Positions 8,679-18,719 of a DNA stretch of 52,969 nt are shown here, piece by piece. Below the pieces are notes generated by a model, which saw only the letters and a list, made by a program, of their open reading frames with translations, was not told the DNA's origin and ran no database searches. Source of the stretch: a virus (taxonomy: Duplodnaviria; Caudoviricetes); the IMG/VR virus record IMGVR_UViG_3300025098_000066, positions 1 through 52,969 of that record; one strand, written 5' to 3'. Each line of letters opens with the position of its first letter. The first letter of the stretch is position 1. Position numbers and translations under genes: made by a program.

Positions 8679-11600
8679 TGGCAGGGCCAGAAATTAGCGT
8701 AGAAGACATATTGTTGGACCTGCAAGAAGATGACCAACCTTCAGTAGAAGATATATTAGCGGATCTTCGAAAAGACGGCTCCTCAGAAGAGAAAAAAAAT
8801 CAACCTGAAGATCCTACGGTAAACCCTGAATTAGTATCCTACGCCAGTGAATTAACCAATATACAAGGGGGATACGAGGCTGCGGATCTAGAGGCTGCGG
8901 GTTTCACAAACGAAGAGATCCAGGCATACAGCGACTCTATTGGACAGGAAATGCAAGAGCCGAAAGGCGATGGTTCCAAACTGTATTTAGGAGTGCCAGG
9001 TACTGATGTGTACGATGGACTTAAAATAGGTTACAAAGAAGACAGCTTTGAAAATAGAGAGCCTGACGCAGAAGTATCCGCATTTGAGATATATAACGCT
9101 TATGCAGACAATGAGAATACAGTTATTGATCCTACTACAGGAAACTTAACTTATAACGACCCCGTGTCAGGACAAAGCTTTATACTCTACTACCCTGCTA
9201 GGGCAGGTACATCTGTACCTATTATTCAAGATGTCTGGAACGAGGCAGTTCGCAGGTTACGCCCCGACTACTACGCCGACAAACCTGCCGGGGTTAATGA
9301 AGGTACACGTCTAATAAATGAAGTTACCGACAGTCTAACTAACACAGTAGAATTTGTAGCCGCTTTAGGAGACATTGCCGCAGATAAAGTGGGGCTTGAT
9401 ACGTCCTTCGTGGAATGGACAAACACCATCCCTAGAACGTCATCAGGCTTTTCTAAGTTTGATGCTGTAACAGGTGAAGGTGTGGGCCTAGCTGCATCAT
9501 TCTTCACAGGTAAGATTGTTTCGGATGCTGCGGTAGAAGGAGGGGAGTTTTTATTAAAAAGATTTATGTCCCCTATTTCAAAAACCTCTACCTGGATGAA
9601 GGTGGGACAACCTGTAATTGAAAAAGCTTACGAACCTACCCGGCAACTTCTAAAATATTCAGGTGGTGACCTAGGAGTTGCGTTAGGCGCTGACACAAAT
9701 ACTGAGGCGTTCATAGCGCCATTTGACGTAGATCCTAACGACCCTAAAGCAGAACAGATCCTTGCTGCCAGAATGAATATCTTTGTAGATAGTTTGATCA
9801 TGTCAGGTGTTATGGATACGGCACTTAAAGCGGGTCTGAAGACCGCTGACTTTGTTAACGAAGCTTCTGTAGGAGCAATTGCCCGGTCACTATTTGAAGG
9901 TGATGGCGCTAAAATGACTTCTGCTATGGATAATATCCTTTCGGATTTATCTGCGGTGCAAGCATCTTCCACAAAACAGGATATGGAAACTGCACGTCAA
10001 CAACTTATCGAAGTTCTTAGAAAGAACAGTACTCTTCTGATCGATCAGACCAAGGCAAGCAAGCAAAATAATGACCTGGTGCTAGATGTATTCTCTGCTC
10101 TAGAGGCTGGGGAAGCAGTCACTCCACAAACACAGGCAAGAATTCAGCAAATCCGTAGCGGTATTGTAAGTAGTTCTAAAAACCAGGGCGCACTTAACCA
10201 GCAAGCAAACGCTATTAACGTGCAGACAGATAGAATTCTTCAAGAGGAAGCAGAGGCAGCATTACCCGTAGGCTCTACTATGGACGATGCAGTAGAAGGT
10301 ATTGTTGGAAGTAATGACAGCCGAATTCTGAAACAACAACGTAGTATATTTGAGGCAGAAGAGGCAATTAAGACTGATAATGAAGCTGCTCTAAACAGCA
10401 TACTTAGTGACCCTAACTTATCTCCTGCGTTAAGCCGTTTAGGTAAAGTTTCATCCTCTGAAGTTAGCGCCCTATCAGTAGCAAAGAAAAAGGAAATAGC
10501 CACCACGCTTATCGATGAAGCGGAGCGCATGACTAAACAGAAAAACGATCTGTTTAATGCGATACCTGAAGGTTCTAGATTTGATTACGAAGGTTTCGGA
10601 AACTTAATTGATGAACTATCTACAAACCTGGATCAGTTTGGTACTGAAGGTGCGGAATTCTTACAGTCGAGATTAATTGCTACAATTAAGGCTGCATATA
10701 AAAAGGCTAAACCTGGCGAAGAGGCCCCCAGCACTATTCTAGATCAATTTGGTAACCCTGTTACTAAAGCACCAACAGATATTGCAGATTTAGGAGAAGA
10801 ATTATTTGAGGCGGGTGTGGATTTCAAACGCCTATATAATGATATTCGTCCTGCGATATCTGCTCTAGCGGAAGAAGCCTTTAATAGTGGTAAAGGGCCT
10901 GTAGGTACTCGCCTAAGATCTGTAGTTAAATATATCGATGATCAGGTTGAGTTTGTGGCTAATAACAACCCAGAAGCTAAAGACGCTGCCACAAATGCTA
11001 TGAACTACTATAAACGTGACTTTATTCCTTTGTGGGGGGATGCTCCACTAACGGATACTTATCAGACATTTAAAGATACCCGTGGCAGGGGTATTAATCC
11101 TGTAGCAGAAACCACGCAGTCGCAGGGACAAGTTACTAATATACTTGAGTCTGGGGCGTCTGAAGAAGTAGGGCAGTTGGTGAAAGCATTAGAAGTGTCT
11201 GACCTAGGCGCAAGTCCAGAGACTGTTCAAGAATATATAGTCGCTAGGACGTTTGAGGATTTATACTCCCAGATCACTAAAGACGGTATTAACAACATAG
11301 ACCCCGCTACTCTTAGTGCCACCATTCGAGGTTACGCTGACCAAATGCGAGGCAACTTTGATACTCTGGCAATGGAACTAGACTCGCTAGAAAGCAGAAT
11401 TAAGAATGCTAGGCAAACAGGAGAATCTGTCTCAGACACGTTAGTGCAAGCACAAGAGCAATTTGCAGCTATGCAGAACGATGCGTTTTCTAAATTAATT
11501 TCTGGGTTTGTAGATGACTTTGTACCAGGCATGCCTTCTGCAAATGTAGAAAATAAGATAACCTCCATGCTTAATTCTTCTAATGGTGCGGATAGTGTGA

Positions 11601-12343
11601 AAGCAATACTAGAAGCTACTGACAACAACCCTGTTGTGCGTGGAGGGTTGAAAAAACTTTACCTAAAGGAGTTGAGAGATAAAGCATTCACTGCGGGGCA
11701 GACATCTTCTGGCGCACCCGTAACTAGCGTAGCTAAAGTTCGCAACATACTTAAAGAAAACACAGGGCTTGCGGCGTCAGGGGAAATCATTCTTGCGGGT
11801 GAGCCTGAGTTAAATAACATCATTAAGACTATTTTAACATCTGCGTCCGAAAGTCAGGCAAAGCGTAATTCTAAAGCACTACCAGGGTCATCTGGAACAC
11901 CAGAGATCCAACAATACCAGAATGCTATCAACACTATGATCAACGTGATTGTAGGGCCACTTAATCGCATAGGTACTCAGGCAAGAACAGCGGGTAGACT
12001 TGCGGCAGAAAAGCTAGACATTGCTAATCGGTATGAGATTGCTATGGACGTTGTAGTAGCTGACAGTAAGCTTGCGTTAGAAGTCATAGAAAAGCTTGAG
12101 AAGCGTAGAGCTACTAAGGGAGTAGGACCATTTCGACTACCCCGTGATATGTACGATGAAATGTTCTCTTTAGGTATTCGCATAGGAAAGTATGCGGAAG
12201 CAGACAGAGAAGATACATACAAATCCTGGGACGAGTACGTCATTGATGGGGCTGAAGCCGTAGATGGTACGGTAGAAGATGCCAGGTCCACACTAAGAAA
12301 AATTGGGGATCAGACAATCGAAATGCTGGGACTAGGTAGGTAA
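8678..12343 (+). CDS. Large putative internal virion (ejection) protein
   Basis: 1221 aa, helical, last gene of the structural arm. Confidence 0.55.
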   Translation: MAGPEISVEDILLDLQEDDQPSVEDILADLRKDGSSEEKKNQPEDPTVNPELVSYASELTNIQGGYEAADLEAAGFTNEEIQAYSDSIGQEMQEPKGDGSKLYLGVPGTDVYDGLKIGYKEDSFENREPDAEVSAFEIYNAYADNENTVIDPTTGNLTYNDPVSGQSFILYYPARAGTSVPIIQDVWNEAVRRLRPDYYADKPAGVNEGTRLINEVTDSLTNTVEFVAALGDIAADKVGLDTSFVEWTNTIPRTSSGFSKFDAVTGEGVGLAASFFTGKIVSDAAVEGGEFLLKRFMSPISKTSTWMKVGQPVIEKAYEPTRQLLKYSGGDLGVALGADTNTEAFIAPFDVDPNDPKAEQILAARMNIFVDSLIMSGVMDTALKAGLKTADFVNEASVGAIARSLFEGDGAKMTSAMDNILSDLSAVQASSTKQDMETARQQLIEVLRKNSTLLIDQTKASKQNNDLVLDVFSALEAGEAVTPQTQARIQQIRSGIVSSSKNQGALNQQANAINVQTDRILQEEAEAALPVGSTMDDAVEGIVGSNDSRILKQQRSIFEAEEAIKTDNEAALNSILSDPNLSPALSRLGKVSSSEVSALSVAKKKEIATTLIDEAERMTKQKNDLFNAIPEGSRFDYEGFGNLIDELSTNLDQFGTEGAEFLQSRLIATIKAAYKKAKPGEEAPSTILDQFGNPVTKAPTDIADLGEELFEAGVDFKRLYNDIRPAISALAEEAFNSGKGPVGTRLRSVVKYIDDQVEFVANNNPEAKDAATNAMNYYKRDFIPLWGDAPLTDTYQTFKDTRGRGINPVAETTQSQGQVTNILESGASEEVGQLVKALEVSDLGASPETVQEYIVARTFEDLYSQITKDGINNIDPATLSATIRGYADQMRGNFDTLAMELDSLESRIKNARQTGESVSDTLVQAQEQFAAMQNDAFSKLISGFVDDFVPGMPSANVENKITSMLNSSNGADSVKAILEATDNNPVVRGGLKKLYLKELRDKAFTAGQTSSGAPVTSVAKVRNILKENTGLAASGEIILAGEPELNNIIKTILTSASESQAKRNSKALPGSSGTPEIQQYQNAINTMINVIVGPLNRIGTQARTAGRLAAEKLDIANRYEIAMDVVVADSKLALEVIEKLEKRRATKGVGPFRLPRDMYDEMFSLGIRIGKYAEADREDTYKSWDEYVIDGAEAVDGTVEDARSTLRKIGDQTIEMLGLGR

Positions 12344-12377
12344 AGAAAAACCCCCAGACCGAAATCTGAGGGCTTCT
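12342..12377. terminator. Bidirectional intrinsic terminator
   Basis: AACCCCCAGA/TCTGAGGGCT stem with A-tract on the left and TTCTT on the right, between convergent arms. Confidence 0.75.
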
Positions 12378-12406
12378 TACTAGCTAAACGGGGGACCAAC
12401 CCCGTT
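12342..12406 (-). ncRNA. Candidate trans-acting antisense sRNA (sRNA-1)
   Basis: Own promoter; 5' hairpin AACGGGG/UUGGUC/CCCCGUU; UAGCUAGUAAG linker; terminator; complementary to repeated early-gene leaders. Confidence 0.75.
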
Positions 12407-12412
12407 AAAGAT

Positions 12413-12441
12413 ATTATAGAATTACAAGGCTCCTAGGTCAA
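12413..12441 (-). promoter_or_regulatory. Near-consensus sigma70 promoter of sRNA-1
   Basis: TTGACC (12441-12436)-17bp-TATAAT (12418-12413); -35 lies inside hairpin 12426-12458. Confidence 0.8.
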
Positions 12442-12457
12442 TAGACTTGGGGGCCTT

Positions 12458-12880
12458 TTATATTTCTATAGGCACAAAAAATAGATCTTCTTTAGGTACA
12501 TCGAAGAACCGTTCCCCAAAAGCAATCTTCCTATTAGGAACCTCAACAGTAGCAGAACCTAACAACTTATTACGGCCTACTATAGCCGCTCTAGTCATAC
12601 TATTATTGAACACCATAAACTGAGTTGGTTTAGATAGAAACTTAGCCTTACGGGCAGGGATATGAAGTGTATCATAGTGGAACTCCTGACCATGCCAGGT
12701 GGTCTTAACCTCTACTTCGCAGTAGAACCGTTTGTTATCTTTCTCCACAACAAGATCCACGTCATATTCATCATCATGGTCCGTACAAGTGTACCCCTGG
12801 GAAGACCAAAACTTCTTGGCCTTATCTCTGGCAGGTGCATCATACTTGTTGAAGATATTCTTCTGGAATGCTTTGTACAT
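12458..12880 (-). CDS. PD-(D/E)XK-like nuclease
   Basis: VDLVV...CEVEVK motif. Confidence 0.55.
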   Translation of the reverse strand: MYKAFQKNIFNKYDAPARDKAKKFWSSQGYTCTDHDDEYDVDLVVEKDNKRFYCEVEVKTTWHGQEFHYDTLHIPARKAKFLSKPTQFMVFNNSMTRAAIVGRNKLLGSATVEVPNRKIAFGERFFDVPKEDLFFVPIEI

Positions 12881-13019
12881 GCGTATTCCTATTTATAAAG
12901 TATGCTGCGTTAAATCCCCGTAACCATTCTTTTGCGTAGAAGCTGCGGGGTCTGTAACAGCTTGTCAGAACCCCTTGAAAGAAATCATCATACCCCTGCT
13001 CGTAAGGTTTTTCTTGCAT
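12840..13019 (-). CDS. Rmf-like small protein, 59 aa (not in ORF track)
   Basis: GAGG SD; MQEKPYEQGYDDFFQG...CY...KEWLRGFN resembles RMF spacing. Confidence 0.6.
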   Translation of the reverse strand: MQEKPYEQGYDDFFQGVLTSCYRPRSFYAKEWLRGFNAAYFINRNTHVQSIPEEYLQQV

Positions 13020-13036
13020 TTTGTACCTCGTAGTTG

Positions 13037-14680
13037 CTATGCCTCACACGCACTACATTCCATGATGTTCTTAGCCGCCTCTTGCGCAGGGTTAGTCCCC
13101 CGCTGGTAGTACAGAGATTTTACGCCAAGTTCCCATGCGGTGAACATTAGTTCATTCACGTCTTTTAGCGGTGTCTTAGGATCGATTAAGAGATTTAATG
13201 ATTGAGACTGATCAATATGCTTTTGCCGTGCCGCCGCTTGCTGAATAACCTCAAGTGGAGATATTTCACTAAACGTCTTGAACACTGACTTCTCCGTAAG
13301 ATTTAGAAAAGTTAAGTGCTGAACAGACCCGTCTTTTTCTAAGATGCTTCGCCAAGTATCCCGGTCATTCTTGTTATATTTCTCAAGCAATTCTGCAAGG
13401 TAGGGGTTGCGATAGGTGAACTTACCTTTAGCTAAATCTTTGGTGAAGTAGTTAGACCGTAGTGGTTCAATAGAAGGTGAAACCTGGCCCAGGACAAAGC
13501 TACTTGTGGTGGTAGGAGCAACCGCCATGAGGGTAACATTTCGGCGTCCGTAACCTTCTAATAATTCAGGCTCACCAAACCACTCAGCAAGCTGCTCAGA
13601 TGCCTTAATGGCTTTTTCTTTAATAGTTTTAGCAATCTGTACGTTTAAAGATTTAGCCTCAAATCCTTCAAAGGGTATCATCTTGGATTGTAGGTACGAA
13701 TGCCACCCCAATATCCCTACACCGATTGCACGTTGCCGCACGGCAAAATTTCGAGCATGCTCCATGAAAGGCATATTCTCAGTCTTAATAATGTACTCTT
13801 CCATTACGGCGTCTAGAAAATATACTAGTAGTTCTACTGCGTCAGTATCTTTCCATTCATCATAGTGAAGAGCATTCATACTGGACAAGTCACAGACAAA
13901 GCTTTCGTCGTAAGTAGAAGACAAGGCTATCTCTGCACAGAGATTAGACCCATTAATCTTACGGTTTTTATCTTTATACACGTTAGGTGCATTGTTATTA
14001 ACTGTGTCGCTGAAAACTATATAGGGGTAACCACTCTCGAAGCGTTTTCTCATTATTTTACGCCATGTTTCCTGACGTTTTTTATCGCCTTTCTTGACCC
14101 CATTCATAAAGTCATCCGACACGCAGACGCCTAGGGATAAATCTTGAATGTCTGAACCTTCTTCACGAAAGAATAGGAATTCATCAATATCAGGGCTGTC
14201 TGCATCCTGGTAAACTGCGGCATTACCCCGGCGCACAGAACCTTGGGATATGCTAGTTACTGCCGTTTGCACTAACTTAGCAGGTAGGTGGCATCCATCT
14301 GCATGACCACCGCCCCGAATCTGACTGCCACGGGGGCGCACGTCACCTAAGTAGGCAGACGTACCCGCACCATGTTTTGTCATCATCCCAATCTCAGCTT
14401 GCTTGTACAGCATACTGGCTACATCATCCTGAACATAGCTGTTATTGCAGCTAATGGGTAAACCTGTCTGACGTGAAAAGTTAGCAAAGATAGGAGTGGC
14501 AATACTATAGAAACCCTTACCCATGTATTCATAGAACCGAATACCAGCACTCTTATCGTCTAGATATTTACCTAGAGCGTCAGCAAGGTCACGATAACGG
14601 CCTTCGACTGTTTCACCTTTTTCTAAACCGCCACGTTCCATTACCTGCCGTGCGGCATCATTTGCCCAATCAAAACTCAT
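13037..14680 (-). CDS. nrdA: Ribonucleotide reductase class I alpha subunit (no ATP cone)
   Basis: PISC, GSNLCAEI, APTTTSS, KSLYY, C-terminal CSAC. Confidence 0.95.
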   Translation of the reverse strand: MSFDWANDAARQVMERGGLEKGETVEGRYRDLADALGKYLDDKSAGIRFYEYMGKGFYSIATPIFANFSRQTGLPISCNNSYVQDDVASMLYKQAEIGMMTKHGAGTSAYLGDVRPRGSQIRGGGHADGCHLPAKLVQTAVTSISQGSVRRGNAAVYQDADSPDIDEFLFFREEGSDIQDLSLGVCVSDDFMNGVKKGDKKRQETWRKIMRKRFESGYPYIVFSDTVNNNAPNVYKDKNRKINGSNLCAEIALSSTYDESFVCDLSSMNALHYDEWKDTDAVELLVYFLDAVMEEYIIKTENMPFMEHARNFAVRQRAIGVGILGWHSYLQSKMIPFEGFEAKSLNVQIAKTIKEKAIKASEQLAEWFGEPELLEGYGRRNVTLMAVAPTTTSSFVLGQVSPSIEPLRSNYFTKDLAKGKFTYRNPYLAELLEKYNKNDRDTWRSILEKDGSVQHLTFLNLTEKSVFKTFSEISPLEVIQQAAARQKHIDQSQSLNLLIDPKTPLKDVNELMFTAWELGVKSLYYQRGTNPAQEAAKNIMECSACEA

Positions 14681-15660
14681 TAAAATAGATCCTCACTATC
14701 GAAATCTCTGTTGTTTTTTGCATACTCGACAGGACGTTTCTGAAAGAAATCAGTCATAGTTGCACCATAAGTTTCCTCGTCCATCCACTCAGTTTGATCC
14801 AGAAGTTTTAGTTCTACTTCTGTCATGGGAAGTTCATCAAAGCCGATTGCTTTCATAGCGAGGTTCATGCGACCTTTGGTGTAGGCTTTAAGGATATCTG
14901 CCGAAATAGCTTCACCCTCGTAATCCCCTACCATCCAATCAATGATACTTTCTTCATACTGCACCCCTAGGACGCACTCTTCTTTTACACGCTCAATAAG
15001 ATCATCATCGAACAGTTCAGGGTATTCCTGGCGTAGGGTGTTTATTAAAAGTATACCTGCTTTGGAGTGTAGAAGTTCTTCATTTCGAGTGTACTGAACT
15101 TGCTGGGCGGTATCTTTTAAAACCGCCTTGAAACGATTGAAGTACATAATGGTGTAGAATTGACTGAACAAACTACAGTTTTCTACAAACAACGTGAATA
15201 AAATAAGTGCGTAAACAAACTGTTTACGATCATCATCATATTTTCGATTTAAGTATTTACGAAGGTAAGAAACACGCCCCTGCATAGTAGGCTCTTGTAG
15301 TGCATCATCAAAAGCAGATTGTAGGCCCAAAACGTCTAACAGTTTTTCATACGCCTGGTTGTGGATTACTTCGTTATTACCCATTACCAAGCCCATGTCG
15401 GACATAGACGGGTGGGGAAAGGTTTTACCTAAGTCAGCCCAGAACCTTTTAACTGCGATTTCAATTTGACCAATAGCTGACAAAGTGCGTACAACTACCT
15501 GCCGTTCTTGATCAGTAAGTTCTGAATGGAATTGGCTGTAATCAGAGCGAAACGAGAATTCGTTAGGTGTCCAAAAACTATGCCATAATGCGTCAATTAT
15601 TTCCTGTGTCCAGGGGTAAGCATTGGGCTTACGGCTTACCTGTTCGTCAAAAAGGCCCAT
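14680..15660 (-). CDS. nrdB: Ribonucleotide reductase class I beta subunit
   Basis: FWTPNE, NEVIHNQAY (radical Tyr), VENCSLFSQF, NEELLH, DFFQKRPVEY. Confidence 0.95.
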   Translation of the reverse strand: MGLFDEQVSRKPNAYPWTQEIIDALWHSFWTPNEFSFRSDYSQFHSELTDQERQVVVRTLSAIGQIEIAVKRFWADLGKTFPHPSMSDMGLVMGNNEVIHNQAYEKLLDVLGLQSAFDDALQEPTMQGRVSYLRKYLNRKYDDDRKQFVYALILFTLFVENCSLFSQFYTIMYFNRFKAVLKDTAQQVQYTRNEELLHSKAGILLINTLRQEYPELFDDDLIERVKEECVLGVQYEESIIDWMVGDYEGEAISADILKAYTKGRMNLAMKAIGFDELPMTEVELKLLDQTEWMDEETYGATMTDFFQKRPVEYAKNNRDFDSEDLF

Positions 15661-15682
15661 ATTAATCTCCCTATTATTTTTA

Positions 15683-16009
15683 TTATCGGTTATCGCCAGA
15701 ACCTTGAATTACTCCACGAGCTAAACGACTATTCAGTTTGTTCAAATTTCTCTGGGCAATTTCTTCCAGGCCAAAATCAAGATCTCTCGCAAGAATGGCA
15801 ACGTACCAAAGACAGTCACCCAATTCGTCAGCAATGGCGGCACGGTTTTCAGGCGAGAATTGACTATTATTGTCCCGCATGACTTTTTTTACTTTACCTG
15901 CAACCTCTCCCGATTCTGAAAACAAACCCATTGCAGGATAAGTAATTGCAATTTTATCCTCGTATATGGCAGTCTTTCCCGCCTGTGTTTGGTAGTCCTG
16001 CATGTTCAT
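15683..16009 (-). CDS. MazG-like NTP pyrophosphohydrolase
   Basis: ESGEVAGKVKK...DELGDCLWY...NLNKL. Confidence 0.9.
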   Translation of the reverse strand: MNMQDYQTQAGKTAIYEDKIAITYPAMGLFSESGEVAGKVKKVMRDNNSQFSPENRAAIADELGDCLWYVAILARDLDFGLEEIAQRNLNKLNSRLARGVIQGSGDNR

Positions 16010-16257
16010 AGATGTTCTCCCCTTTCATGCATTTCTATTAAATCTTCGATGAAGAATTTCATTTTATTAAGGTCGTAGAGGGTGTCAGTTCCCTCTTTTT
16101 CTCCCAGCCGATAACAAGCTTTAAAGATGTCACCACGGCTCTTGGACATAGACTTGTGGCTGATCAAATGTCGGAGTTCGTTTGCGTGGCGGGGTAGGGC
16201 ATAGTACGAAGTAGACATTCCATCTGATGCCACCTTGTTGCGGTCTACAGCACCCAT
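16006..16257 (-). CDS. Hypothetical protein (DUF3310-like)
   Basis: GDIFKACYRLGEKEG...DLNKMKFF. Confidence 0.55.
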   Translation of the reverse strand: MGAVDRNKVASDGMSTSYYALPRHANELRHLISHKSMSKSRGDIFKACYRLGEKEGTDTLYDLNKMKFFIEDLIEMHERGEHL

Positions 16258-16577
16258 CAGTTAGGTCTTTTCTTACCGTTGATGGGGACTACCTTGGTAT
16301 CATTCATCCTATCGATAAGTTCATCCGCAGGTTCAAAAGACCATTCCTGCTTTTCAAGTTCATCAGCCATTTCGAGGGCGCTGCCGAAAGTAGCCATAGC
16401 GTTAGGACCAAGACTTGCCATCAAGGACATACCTCTAAGCAAAAAACATAGATAGTTTTTGTCCTCTACATCAAAATCCTCTTCAAACTTAGCAAAGCTT
16501 TCCGTAACAAGGTTGCCCTCTACATCCAAAGAAACTGCTAGAGATACGGTGTTAGGTTCTAAATCTTCTGCGTTCAT
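16257..16577 (-). CDS. Hypothetical protein
   Basis: Coupled ORF within the replication operon. Confidence 0.7.
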   Translation of the reverse strand: MNAEDLEPNTVSLAVSLDVEGNLVTESFAKFEEDFDVEDKNYLCFLLRGMSLMASLGPNAMATFGSALEMADELEKQEWSFEPADELIDRMNDTKVVPINGKKRPN

Positions 16578-16927
16578 TTTTTAATCCTCTGTAGTAAATC
16601 GAAAAAGTGAGAAGCATCCAAGACAACCAAAGGGGTTTGTCTGTCGGCTTTTATGACTGCGAGGGGTTCAGCACCTTTGGGACAATTGGCTTCCGCCTGT
16701 TCCATTACTTTGTAGATTGCGAAGCTTTTGTTGCTCTTGCATTCTACGGAGTAAGGAAAGAGTCTCCTGGCGGCAGGGGATAGCATAATATCCTCTCCGT
16801 TTTGCCCCATTCCAGTGGAACGGACATCATCAGGTTCTAACTTGGGGAACCTTCCCAGGATTTGATCTCTAACCCACTGTTGGTGGCGTCTACCCTTAGC
16901 CTTTGCAGACTGAGGTTTGATAGGCAT
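16574..16927 (-). CDS. Holliday junction resolvase-like PD-(D/E)XK endonuclease
   Basis: SAKAKGRR, GEDI, SVECK motifs. Confidence 0.75.
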   Translation of the reverse strand: MPIKPQSAKAKGRRHQQWVRDQILGRFPKLEPDDVRSTGMGQNGEDIMLSPAARRLFPYSVECKSNKSFAIYKVMEQAEANCPKGAEPLAVIKADRQTPLVVLDASHFFDLLQRIKK

Positions 16928-17781
16928 TAGTCCTCGCTAACGTACCATTTGAATGGTGGATTGACTGCCGTACTCTCAGGCTGCGCCTTGTACTGAACAC
17001 CGGGGTAGCAGGAAGTTTTGAAGTCACACATGCCGCAGTTATCTTTACTGAGATACTTACGTCCTGTGAGATTTCTCTTATAACTATCCTCAATGGGATC
17101 AAAACAACGCTTGAACGGGGCATCACTGTCTAGAGTTCGTACCGTAGACTTCAGCTTGTCTAGAACAATCTTACGTTCTGATGGGCTATTGTCTGCGTCT
17201 ACAACCATAACTTCGCCATTAGATTTGTTTACTACAATCCAACCGCCAACAGGTATGCTCTGCGCTTCTGAGTAGGCCATAAGTTGACCAACGTAACCAA
17301 AGTTATCGGACTTGCGTAAGCCACGATATCCTTCGCTCCACTTATTAGCGAAAGCCCAGGGGGAACACGACTTCACATCAAATTCTTTACCGTCGATTTG
17401 AACATCGTCCTCGCCCTTAATAGTTACGCCCTCAAGATCTAAAGAAACCTTTGCCTTACCACCTGTGATATTAGCATCCGCCACTTTAAGTATGAGTGTC
17501 ATAATCTCTTCGATCATGTATCCGTGCAGCATCTGCATTACAAAGTGATAAGGTTTTCTAGAAGGTTCGGCCCCAGACTTCTGCCTTTGCAGGACACACG
17601 CTGGTCTACCAACATTTGACCCACGAATTCGGAAATCTTTTGATCTAGGGGTGAGGCTTTTCTTTAGTTCCCGTTTGATATTTTCACCAACCGCATCAAT
17701 CCATTCATCCTTAACAACCAGATCGTCGTATTCGTCGTTAGACATACGATCCATCGTCATGTGAATGAGTTCTTGCAGCAT
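16927..17781 (-). CDS. PD-(D/E)XK (Cas4/RecB-like) exonuclease
   Basis: RGSNVGRPAC, GEDD...DVKS, YVGQLMAY, CGMCDFKTSC. Confidence 0.75.
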   Translation of the reverse strand: MLQELIHMTMDRMSNDEYDDLVVKDEWIDAVGENIKRELKKSLTPRSKDFRIRGSNVGRPACVLQRQKSGAEPSRKPYHFVMQMLHGYMIEEIMTLILKVADANITGGKAKVSLDLEGVTIKGEDDVQIDGKEFDVKSCSPWAFANKWSEGYRGLRKSDNFGYVGQLMAYSEAQSIPVGGWIVVNKSNGEVMVVDADNSPSERKIVLDKLKSTVRTLDSDAPFKRCFDPIEDSYKRNLTGRKYLSKDNCGMCDFKTSCYPGVQYKAQPESTAVNPPFKWYVSED

Positions 17782-18662
17782 TAGGCCACGTCCTCATAGT
17801 CAGCATCCAGGCTTTCATGCATCTGGTCTAGGACTTGAGAGGCTTCTGCTTCGTAGACATCACCTTTAATTGCTTTGTAGTACTCACCATCGACGTAAGC
17901 ATTTTCGTCATCTATGATCTGCTTAATCATTGTAATGGTATCAAAAATATCCTTATCGATAGGAAGCGGTGAACCGAAATCAGGGGAGTACTCAAAAGTA
18001 TAGTAAGCCTTGCCCGTGGCAGCACTTTTCCTACGTTTCGTTACCACACCAAGGGCAAAGTTCCACATACTAGATCCACGGGGAATCTGTTTTAAAAACT
18101 GTGTTTCAAAAGGAGAATATAGCCTACCCTTTTCGTCCAGGCGATAATTATTCTGCCCCTTTAAGCGCATCAATACAGGATGATTTTCATAAGTTTTTTC
18201 TTCACCTGAAGAAGACACCCCTGTGTAAGACACTAGGCCCCGTAGTTGTCTTTCATTTTTTACACCTGAATACTTTTTTCTCTGTTCTTCCGTCATGTCC
18301 CGCATCTCTTTGGAACTAGGTTTTCCGCAACGCAGTGTACCTTTCGTATCCCGTGCTTCCTCGAAAAAATCTGTAAGTAAACGGCTTTTGCATGCCATCT
18401 TCTTTTCTTGAGCATCATACAAAGTATACTGATGCATCTGGCTCAACGGACGAAACGTGAAAGATTTTGCGTAAAAGTATTTTTTATCGCTGCCTTTCAC
18501 GAACACATGGCCCAGATCTAGACGGGTTCCACTATCATCTTCATCCTCGTAATTTATCTTTAATTCATCCATAATGACTTTTGAATTTTCTACGCCTGAT
18601 GCGCCAAGTTCTTTTGCCATTGCTGCGAGGTCTGCTGCCTGTACTGTTGTTAGGTCACCCAT
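17781..18662 (-). CDS. Putative single-stranded DNA-binding protein
   Basis: Position between polymerase and exonuclease, acidic C-terminus, own promoter. Confidence 0.55.
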   Translation of the reverse strand: MGDLTTVQAADLAAMAKELGASGVENSKVIMDELKINYEDEDDSGTRLDLGHVFVKGSDKKYFYAKSFTFRPLSQMHQYTLYDAQEKKMACKSRLLTDFFEEARDTKGTLRCGKPSSKEMRDMTEEQRKKYSGVKNERQLRGLVSYTGVSSSGEEKTYENHPVLMRLKGQNNYRLDEKGRLYSPFETQFLKQIPRGSSMWNFALGVVTKRRKSAATGKAYYTFEYSPDFGSPLPIDKDIFDTITMIKQIIDDENAYVDGEYYKAIKGDVYEAEASQVLDQMHESLDADYEDVA

Positions 18663-18689
18663 TGGTGTCTCCTTTATTATTGAGTTTAT

Positions 18690-18719
18690 AATGTACCATA
18701 GTTAAGCACCATTAATCAA
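18690..18719 (-). promoter_or_regulatory. Promoter with ACCATAGTTAAG element
   Basis: TTGATT-18bp-TACATT with TG. Confidence 0.5.

Noticed and set aside
470-12291. Numerous minus-strand ORFs opposite structural genes (also 35-51 kb, and + strand ORFs opposite replication genes)
   Set aside because: Antisense shadows of long real genes, with no RBS or motifs
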